A stretch of 64,000 nucleotides of DNA from NCBI GenBank assembly GCA_965178125.1, contig OZ237774.1:310001-374000 (forward strand). Direction: 5' to 3'. The notes under the pieces were generated by a model. It saw only the letters and a list, made by a program, of their open reading frames with translations. It was not told where the DNA came from and did not search any database. The DNA is from Bilabrum cf. latius (lineage: Eukaryota). The first letter of the stretch is position 1; the number at the start of each line of letters is the position of its first letter. A program made the translations under genes and the position numbers. This document shows positions 54,176 through 64,000 of the stretch, one piece after another.

Positions 54176-55543
54176 TCACCCCACGCGCCTCTTCTTGGCT
54201 GCAGCTCTCCCTCCGCCCCTCCGCCCCCTCCCCCTCCCCCTCCCGCTGCTTCCAGTGGTGCGTCGCGTGCGGGCGGGCGATGTCTTCGCCCCGCTGGCCG
54301 TCCCCGACGGGGAAGCAGGGGGGCTGGCGGCAGCTTTGGCAGCAGCTGCCACACTTAATGCCGGCTTCTTTTTCACTGCGTCAGACAAGATCCTGCACAC
54401 GTTCGCAGCGATTGCTTTCTCTCTGGAAGTGTTCGACGCTTTGTCTGCCGCCGTTTTCTTCTCCACCACCTCCAGCTCGGACGCGTCGGAGAAATCCCCG
54501 TCCGAGTCGAGCTCGATGGGCTCGTCCCTGCCCCTCTTGTTCCCCAGGGCAGGGCCGGTGCCCCCGCTAGCGGATCCGGAGCCAGCACCAGCCCCCGAAG
54601 CAGGGCCCGAGGAAGAGGAGGAGGAGGAGGAGGAGGAGGAGGAAGAGGATACCGCCACAAGCTCCATGTCGTCGTCATTGATTTCCTTGGCAAGCGTCTC
54701 CTTGCTCGTGTCCACGTCCATGAGGAACAGCCGGGGAATAATGGCCCCATCCGTTCGCATCATCGATTCTACCAGCCTCTAGGTCTCGAGAAACAGGGCG
54801 TACATGGGCGAGTCGGTGGGCCTGCATTTCCTCGGGTATTCCTTCTCCTCCTCTGTTCCCTGCCTGGACCAGCAGTAGTCTCCCTTGCACTTGTACGCGG
54901 TGGGCTAGCTCTCGTAGTGCGCGCTTCGCTTGAGTTCGAATGTCCCGCAGGCGTACACCAGCCTCTTCCCCATGTCCCGGATGTAGTCCGCCACGTGCTT
55001 GGACTTTTTGCTGTAGAAGCGCAGGGTGTGCTGCTCCTGCAGGAACATGCCCACGAGTGCCCTGGCGTACTTCATGAGGGACGTGGGGCCCCCGTGCACC
55101 GGTTGCAACCACGCGGACTCGTAGACGGCGGCGATGCCCCCAGTGCGGGGGGTCTCTCGGATGGTGTCAGGAACCTTCATGAACATTAAGGTGGCGGGGG
55201 TCCCGTAGGCTGGGCTCGCGATTTTCGATGCGACTTTCTGCTTCAGCGCCAACGCCATGGCTGGCCTTTTCCCAACCGGGGCATCCTCGATCTCCATCGC
55301 CTCGCGAAGCACGTCCAGCTCGTTCACCATAACGATGGGCCAGCGGTACACGTACTTTGTCGTGAAGTACATGCCCGGCGCAAGGTACGGCCACGATGGT
55401 CTCGGGGCGAGGTTGTTCTGCTTGATGCTTTGCGGGAGAGCGTCGAGGCTGCCGAACGGGTTCACGACTCGTTTGTCCCATTTGTCGGCTTCGGTCCTCT
55501 GCGGCACTCGTGCTGCACGGCACGCCCTCGTCTGAATCTGCAT
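54176..55543 (-). CDS. Host hypothetical protein with Ser-rich and basic tail (2 in-frame TAG)
   Basis: ORFs 54905-55543 and 54176-54763 share a frame; ends TGA. Confidence 0.55.
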
Positions 55544-56209
55544 CTATACTGCCAGCTGTCCACTGTTTACAGTGAATCCAACGCCTGGTTGGTATACCAG
55601 AGCTGCTTGGAGCTAAGCCGATGTCATTTTGGCAGACACCACCACGGCTCTGTACGTCAATCCTTGATCGATACACGAGATAACTTTCCGAGGGCCGTAC
55701 CCGTGCTTAAAAGAATTTGCTCCCAAGAAGCGCGTAGCTACTCTGTGCACGCGGTCGAGCTTAGCTTCCGCGCTGTGCACTTCTCCCGCCTCGGTCCGTA
55801 TACCCTGTCTCCATGCTGCGAGCTGCGCATGCGCGTCCGCTCGCGCCTAAGCTGTGCGAGCTGCGTACGAAGATGGTGAAAATCCGTATTCGCTCGGTTC
55901 CGGAATCTGTTTGACGGCGTCGTGAACAAGCTGGTCCTCCAGCGCAGAAGGCAGTGGATTAGGTGCAACCTCGTCTATCATCATGCTGGCGATCCTAACT
56001 CTTTGTATGAACAAAGACAATAGAAGTATGTACAGCACGGCTCCTTGTTGTACTAGAACAATGGGTAGTGGGGGTAGAAGGGTTGGTCCACCGAGTATTT
56101 TTGCTCGCTTTATCGGGTTCCGGGGTTCCGGTTTGATAGGGCGGCGATTGCTCAAGATTCGTTCGTTCGTTCGGCGACGTTTACCGTACACTTTGCGCCA
56201 AGATTATCT

Positions 56210-58033
56210 TCAGTCATTCTTCCACCTGTTCCTCTTCAAGGGTTCGGGCCCGTCCGCCTCAGACCTCGCCTCAGAAATCACGTCCATCCAGATCGACAGC
56301 TCGTTCGTCGTCATGCCGTCCGCCCCGAACATGGTCTCTAGGGCGGGAAGCACGACCCCTTCCGGCCCTTTGATGTGGTGCAGGGTCGCGATGCGCTGCG
56401 TGCTCGGCTTGTGCCACTCGTCATATTTCTGCTCCACATCCCTCGAGTAGAACCAGTCTCCTCCGATCTTCCCGCGGAGGAACTTCACACCTGCATCGAT
56501 CAGGCAAGAGCCCAGCCGCCGATCACCCGCCCAGCAATTGGCCGTCCTGTGGCTGCAGTACGGTATTTCTCTCACCAGGAGGTCCACCCCGGCGCGGGTC
56601 ATCATCACGCCGGCCCCCGCACCGATGTAGTACGACTCATCGTGCCGCTGGTAGTTCTGGCACTTCTCCGCCAGCTCGATGCCCCCCGCCAGGCCGTACA
56701 CCATGCCGAAAGCAGCGGGGTTTGCCCAGGGGTAGTCGTCTCTGGGTGCCACAGCCACTGTCTTGGAGGTGATCGACTCCGGGTCCTTGCCGTCGGCCTT
56801 TGCCTTGGCTCGGGCCTCTGGCAGGTCAGCCACCCGGCCGAAGTCCGGCTCCGGATCCATCTTCAAGGGGTGCACCTTCGGGTGCTCCGAGATGTCAACG
56901 ATCTCGTCGGAGCCCCCCCCTCTTTTTTCGTTCCTGGATTTCTCCAAGCGGGCCTCGAACTCAGACCTGAGCTCTTTCAACTCCTTCTCGCTGAAATCGC
57001 TCTTTCGGGACCGCATTTCCTTAGACTGCAAGAATAGTTTCAGCTGCGGCAGGAAGAAGTACGTGTCATCATCCGCCATCACGTACCAGTCCACCCATGG
57101 CATCTCTTTCCTTGCGACATGGAAGGCACCCAGGTGCTTGATGAAGTCCCTGTCCCATGCCGGGGCATCGGGCCCGGACTCCTTGTCCGTGGGCACCGCG
57201 AACTCAGTGACACCGTCGTGCAGCTTGGGCAGCGTGAAGTTGTGCCCTCGCCAGAGAACAGTGACGCCCTCCTCGGTGGCCTTGTCTGACACGCCCACGA
57301 TGTTCCTGCGAGGCAGCCTGCCAAGCCACGAGAGCATGTGCGGGGGCAGCCGCTTCGGTGCCACGTTGTCCCCTGTACGCAGGATGAAACCGACGCGTCT
57401 CCAAAACGGATCACGGACGGGTCTTGGGCCGACCTCGGCCGATTCGGGCAGCAGGGGGGCCCATAGATCTTGCTCCTCCTTCTCTTTCTGAAGCCTGGCG
57501 AGCTCTGCCAGCTTTTCTGCCGTATTGGCGTCCACGGGGGCTTTAGTCGGAGGACACTCTGCTGGTGGTGGAGGAGAGGGGCACACGGGGGGTGCTACTG
57601 CCTCGCTTGGAGACTTATTCTCGCTGCTTCCAGCGGCGCTCTGCTCTGTCTGCTTGAGGACCTCCGATACGATCGCAGATATGAGCTCTGTGGATGGCGG
57701 AGACTATCCTTGGCCTGCTTTGGCTTGCATGGCTACGTGTTCTCCAATCATGCGGAGTTGATCCTACGACAGATGCACTCCTTGCGATGGCTGGTTTCCT
57801 GTGGATGGCAGCTCAACGTTTTGATCGCCTGAATGCGTTTCAAGCAGAGCCCCTCCATTCACGTGCGTATTTGTTATGCCATGGATGCCACCATGCGTAA
57901 ATATGATTCCAGCCGGTACTCCCAACAGAACTAGAGCGATGGCAACAGCAACGATGCCATACTGCTTGGACCTGTTCTCATAGGCCTCCTGCACATGCTA
58001 GTTGGTGCGCCCTCGGCCTGGAGTGGAGGCCAT
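56210..58033 (-). CDS. Fringe-like / GT31 glycosyltransferase, type II membrane protein (about 4 in-frame TAG)
   Basis: DWYVMADDDTYF, GAGAG, AGDRRLGSCL; N-terminal TM YGIVAVAIALVLLGVPAGIIF joins in frame through TAG. Confidence 0.75.
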
Positions 58034-59756
58034 CTTACTACTTCGTTCGTTTCTTACGGCGACCTGACGTACGTGAATTATGCAACCTGAGTAAGAGAAG
58101 GTACTACGGGGCGGGTTGCACCAAAGCCGGAATTCCACTGCAATCCCGGCACGAATTTCCAGGTGCAAGTGTTTCTGTTGAATCATGCCGGCGCTAGTCT
58201 TTATCGTACCAGCCATCATCAGTATACTATCTGATTTGCCTGATCCGAGAAGACAGGCAAATATCGTGCTTGCAGCTCTCGGATCATTGGTATGTTGAGG
58301 GCAAGGAGCGGCCCAACTCCAGGAGCCTAGCCAAAATGGCATTCACAGTGCTAGCATATCCTAATGTACTTCCACGTGAGTCTGGATCACCTTCTGAAGT
58401 TGCGGCAGCAGCCATGAGCAGCCTGGCAATCGCAAGTCAGGGATCCGTCGTCGCCTTGCTTTGGCAAGATCCCCTGGCATCTGGATGAGCTATGGAACTG
58501 CTCCAAGGCGGACCCCCACCCCGTCTTTTTTGCATTGTAGCCAGCAAACCCGCTCTTGATTCGCTACGGCTGGATGCTGAATTCGACGTTCAGGGCGAGC
58601 ATCCAGCCGGCCCTCGATGCTGCCGCTCACTTCGACATGCAGTGCACCCCGTGGGCCGGGCCGCGCATATTATACCTGGTCGCTCAACTACACCAACTAG
58701 AACCTCATGCAAGCGAAGTACCATTATTCGGTGCACAATGTGGGCGGCAGGGGTAGTGGAGCCAGGGCAAGCAGTGGCAAGCTGCATGTATAGGCTCCTG
58801 GACGGCAGGCTAGGCCTATTGAGTCACCTGTGATTTAGCCGTTTAATGTCCCGGTGTCTAGTAATGAATCGGTGGCGGTGGCATTCAGGTCCGGTGGGAA
58901 TGTGGTGAGCATTCGGCTGCTGCACGGGGACATGTGCCAAGTCGTGCCCAGAATGACGGATAATGCATCGCACTGCAGTGACACCGCAGCGGGGTGCGAA
59001 CCGCAGGTGCGGAACATAGAGTGCTTCGACCGAACCTCCGAAGGAAGGTTCCCTGAGGTTCGGCTGGTGGGGGACGAGCAGGGGCTCTCGTGCTCGCCCA
59101 CTGGAACACAACGGGATCGGGCATCGGCAACGTAACGCAGCTCGACGGGCAGACGGCGAGGAGCACGTGGCTGCTGCAGGCTGCGAGCTGCTCGGATGTG
59201 GTTGGTACGACTGTGACGAGTGATGCGGGTGACGAGTGCGTCCGCGGCATGCTCGCCCGACTGCTCGCCGTGAATGCCTCTGTGCGCTCCTCCGGTAATC
59301 CAGGCACATTCGAGGTTAGAGCATCGAACGTGGTGGCGGATGGGGCTGGACCGGTGGCTCATTTTTCTACAAGCTGTCAGGACCAGGGAGTTGGGATGGA
59401 GTCGCATGAGTCCTCCGCTGGTGTCACGCACGAGCTGGCTGTGAGGTGGACGCTCGGGGAGGCGCAGCTGGCCCCCACAATACTGTCCCGCACGGTGAAC
59501 GGCCAAGAGATTCAGGAGCCCAGGTTTGCAATCAATGGTATTAACGTGCCCTTTGATCCGTTTGGGGTCTAAGATTGATTGCTTTGGGCGAGGCTTCCGG
59601 ACCTTCTCGGCGCGCTGAGGTGGTTGCGTGCAAATTCCACAAAAATCGAACTTCTTGCAGAATCTTCTTGGGCGACATTCTACGTTTCTTTGCTGTAGCT
59701 GCCTTGAGTCTGATCCTCAGAAAGGGTCTTGTTATTGCTAGTTGCAACTCTTTGTC

Positions 59757-62700
59757 ATGAGGGCAGCTGCTCTGGCTGCCGTTTTAGTGCTATCCCAAGC
59801 TTTTGCCGCTGAGGTGTAGAAGCTTAATCCAGGCGTCGCTATGGTGAGAATCAATCATTTTCAGTGCTTCCGGGTGCTGAACATCACATGGACTTGTTGC
59901 TGCAATGTCGAAGGCTGCACTCAGCTCTGTACCGTTTGTGTTGGATGGACTGCTTGCACCACTCTACGGCCACGCATGCAAGCCAATCAAGCTTCTCTCA
60001 AAATGTGGTCCGCTTGCTCCGCTACTCTTGCAGACAAACTAGTCTATTTCTAGCGCAAGCTTCCACTACTACTCCGTGGACGTGGCCAATTACCAGAAGT
60101 TCAACCTCACGCTCAAAGTGACCGTGCTCGACGGCGACGTGGACCTGTACATGGCCTGCTCGGTGGACGCTACTGGTGACGCCACTGGCACTCCATCGCT
60201 TCGTCACCACACAGCACTTAGCATCAAGAGCGGAACGACGACGGACCTCATTCGCGTGCTGCCTGGTGCTCCAGAGAGCGAAAGCGCACCGCTCTGCCAG
60301 CCGGAGCAAGGCAAGACCGCCGTCACGTACTTCTTCTCCACGCACGGGTACCAGCTGTCCAGCTTCTACACCATCGTTGCACTCGTCACACGTGCAAACG
60401 ACGAGCCCTGGATGCACCCGCAGCCCCTCGATAGCGGCGTCCCTCAGGCGGACCAGGTGAACGCCTACAAGTACAACTACTACGAGTTTACGGTGGACAA
60501 GCCCGCCCAGGGGCCCGATCCGGACATCAGAATCGTGCTGTAGCAGGTGACCAACGACCCCGACATGTACGTGTCGTTCGCTGACAAGTCCACCTCGCCG
60601 CCCGTGGGAGCAGGCCAGTGGGCATACGCGGCCATCGCTCAGGACGGCACGGACACTGTGACGATCCACCCGGGCACCACGGGCTGCCACGCCAACGCCA
60701 AGTGCTACTGCACCGAGTGGCCTTGTAAGGTGCAGATTGCGGTATACGGGTTCGGGAGCGACGCGGAGTACATCGTGACGGCTGCCGAGTCCGGTTCATC
60801 GGATTCCGTGCAGCTGGTGGACGGCAGGCCCACGCCCGGCACGGTGGGACCTGATCAGTACCAGTTCTACAGGTTCCGAGCGGCTTCTGACAGCATCTCC
60901 GAGCTTACATTCACGCTGACGCCCACATTCGGCGACCCCGACATCTACGTGTCTGACTTGATTGAGCATCCCACTGCAGCCGGCAAAACGAATGCGTCGC
61001 TTGCTGGTCATTTCTGGTACAGCGAGGCCACGTTCGGGCTGGAGCAGGTGAGGCTGATGCCACCTGACGCTCACTCAGGCTACTGGTACATTGGCGTGCA
61101 CGGCTTTTCTTACACGAGCGACGTCCAGTATACGATTCTGGCACATGCTGAGGACTCCAAGTCGAACGGTTCCAAGATCGTGGAGCTGGCAGATGGTCAG
61201 GCGCAGGAGGGCGATGTGGAGCAGGGTGCCATCGCTTACTACAGGCTGCAGATTGGAAGCGGGGCTCGCAAGGACCTGCAGATCGCCGCGCAGGCGCAGT
61301 TGGGCGAGGTGTCACTCGTCGTCAACACATGCCCGTTCTCCGATCGTACCAAGTGCGGGGACTACCTGCCGACCAGGGACAACGCGACTTGGTCATCGGA
61401 GACGCAAGGCACGTCGCTTCAGTCCATCTACATCCTGGCCGAGGATCCCAAGGCCTGCGCGAGCTGCTCATACATCATCGGGGTGGTTGGTCGCACCCAG
61501 TCGCATTTCTCCGTGGGCGCCACCACTGCCGACACCACCACCGTGCTGCAGGACGGCGTCTACCGCGTGGCGCACGTAGAGGAGGGACGGTACGAGGACT
61601 TTGTGTACGAGATGTACTCGACCGATTTTGACCTGGTGATCACGCTGGTGCCTCTGTCCGGAGATGCTGACGTGTACGTGACGTCGTGCGGGCAGATCGA
61701 CGGCTCGTACGACCCCAGCCAGTGCGTCACCCACCCCAGGAAGGGGGCAGGGAACTTCACCTGGTCCGCTGCGACGTACGGCGCCGAGACGCTCTTCATC
61801 CCGCAGGACGACAAGGACGCGTGCACGCCTGTGCCCGGCATCGCCTGCCGCTACTACATCGGTGTGACCGGCTGGAACGGCCCTTCCACCTTCATGATTC
61901 AGGCGTACAACAAGTCCACCACCGCTCGCACCCTTAGTCTGGGCCAGCCGACGGCGGGGCTGGTGCAGCAGCACGTGTACGACCACTACCAGGTATTCTT
62001 GCCGCGCAACGGCACGGACGGTGGCGCTCCTACACCGACCTCTGTGATCGCCTCCCCGCTGATCGGAGACGTTGATCTCCTGATCAACCTCGGGAATGGC
62101 GCGGATGACAAGCCACCCACGCTGGGTAACGCGCAGTACAGCTCCACGGCGGCGGGCTCTGCAGACGATCGCATCACGGTCTCCAGCACGGACCAGCAGT
62201 GGGCGGAGCATTGCGACCCGCTCCCCGCTGGGGTGCCTTGCAGGGCCCTTGTGTCTGTGTACGGGTTCACGTACCCCAGCGCTTTCTACACTCTATCGGC
62301 TTCCAACGCGGGGCGTCAGCTGCTCCCCGGGCAGCCCGTGAGCGGTTCGCTGACGGCGGGGAACTACGACTACTATTCCTTCGCCGTTGGTGAGCCGCAC
62401 AAGGTGCAGATCCAGGTGCAGGTCATCAGCGGCGACCCTGACGTCACTGTGAGCGTGACCCAGGAACGCCCCACCATGGAGTCGGGCACCTGGACCGCCG
62501 GCTCTTTCGGTGACGATATCGTGACTGTGTATCCCAAGCCCCTTGACCCTCGCGCCTGCGACCCCCCGTGCCGGTACTATGTCGGCGTGTACGCCGCTCT
62601 GGGGATGGATGCCAACTACAGGGTGGTGGCTAGCCTGGGCGACCAGGACCCGATCGTGTTGCGGCCGGGGGAACCGGTGACCTCTCACCTGGCCAGACAC

Positions 62701-64000
62701 GAGGAGAGCCTGTACTCGCTGACTCTGGCAGAAGAGCCGAAGTACGCCTACGTTGACATCAACTTGAGCCCCTCCCTGGGCGATTCGGACCTGTACGTGA
62801 GCTTCAACGGAAACAGGCCGGGGCCCGACAACTGGCAGTACAAGTCCACTGCATTCAGCACGGACGATTACGTCAAGATCCACACGTATGACTGGCCGTG
62901 GCAGATGTACTGCAGGGGCAAGCCCACCTGCGAGATCCTGCTGACCGTGTACGCCGTCAGCAACACTACGTTCCAGCTGTCTGCCACGCCATCCACCTCG
63001 GCTACCGAGTTGCGCGCGGGCGTGGCCATCTACGACCATGTCGCGGTAGACACGTGGGACTACTTCTCCTTTTAGGTGCCTAAGAGCCCCGCCAGCCAGC
63101 AGCCCGTGGTGACCTTCAGCCTGACTGTATTCATTGGTGACCCCGACATGTACATCGCGTGGGACTACCCGAGGCCCAACGCAACCCACAGCCAGGCCAG
63201 GAGCGCGTCCTCTGGGCTGGCCAAAGACGTCATCATCTTGTACCCCCCGGGACAGAAGGACTCGTCACACGCGCAGAGCTACTGGGAGCTTGCGACCGCG
63301 GTGTCTGGCGTGCAGGGAGGCGATGTTCCCACCCAGGGGTATTCCCCTAGGACCCCTGCTGACCCCACCATGGGGGCCATGGACGCCGTGCAGACGTAGC
63401 TCGAGGCCTAGGGAATGCGCGTGCTGTCCGTCGCGCGGGATGACGGCGTTGTGGGGGCCGGTTCATCGGGCTCCGGTGCTCTGCGCGGGGGCGCGAACCG
63501 GCTGCTTGTGGCGGCGCAGGTGCCCGCACACGATGTCGGCAGTGGGCAGAACTCGGCTCTGCCTCCCCGCGAGCCCGAGCACCCCCTGGGAGCCGTGGGC
63601 ACGGGGTACTGCAGCGTGGTGACGGGTCCCTGTACCTACTACATCGGCGTCACCGGGTACCGCGCCAACGCCTCGTTCGCGATTCTCGCCCGGACGTCGG
63701 CCGCCAACGTGACGCAGCTGCGGGACGGGCAGACCGTGACCGACTTTGTTCCCCAGAAGGAGTACCAGCAGTACGAGCTGAGGGTGTCCGCGGCCGGGGT
63801 GGCAAACGGTGCTGAGCTGTCCGTGACCACGCTGGCGGGTGACGCCGACGTGTTTGTCACCGTGGACGGCAGCCGGCCTTCGATCAGCAACAGGCAGTAC
63901 TACAGCCAGAAGACCGTGGGGCAGGACACGATCTCCATGCGGCCAGGGGACGGGACCTGGGACCAGTGCGGGGCGCAGGAGGGCGGCTGCCGCGTGAGGA
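59757..64000 (+). CDS. Large secreted protein with tandem PPC-like beta-sandwich repeats (intron 59844-60033; runs off window)
   Basis: Signal peptide MRAAALAAVLVLSQAFA; repeated GDPDIYV / YYIGV units; at least 6 in-frame TAG. Confidence 0.75.

Noticed and set aside
36944-64000. Ciliate-type code with both UAA and UAG as Gln
   Set aside because: No in-frame TAA found in any reconstructed gene, and the host-translated virophage genes end mostly in TAA

Overview
Eukaryotic nuclear DNA from a GC-rich flagellated protist: it has GT-AG introns and an IFT70/TTC30 gene. The virophage/Ngaro arrangement resembles that described in the bicosoecid Cafeteria, but the host identity is inference only. The window holds a three-layer nest. 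A Ngaro-type tyrosine-recombinase (YR) retrotransposon (2141-36669) is interrupted near the end of its YR gene by an AT-rich endogenous virophage (7788-36000; 887-bp TIRs, 5-bp TSD GCTCG; MCP, penton, ATPase, protease, primase-helicase, rve integrase, YR; no recognisable pPolB). The virophage primase-helicase gene is in turn split by a second, divergent Ngaro element (21158-27817). Two results stand out. (1) Host genes and both retrotransposons contain more than 50 in-frame TAG codons and no in-frame TAA, which indicates a nuclear code with UAG as sense (best fit Gln) while UAA and UGA stay stops. All 19 virophage genes avoid TAG entirely. (2) Both virophage termini are perfect 65-bp palindromes ending in CA. 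With an rve integrase, a YR and no protein-primed polymerase, this suggests a hairpin-ended linear genome that integrates by nicking and is released by telomere resolution. The right 27 kb holds ordinary host genes (PI31, IFT70, Zn2Cys6 factor, GT31 glycosyltransferase, a large PPC-repeat secreted protein) that only assemble when TAG is read through. All alignments and counts were done by eye.
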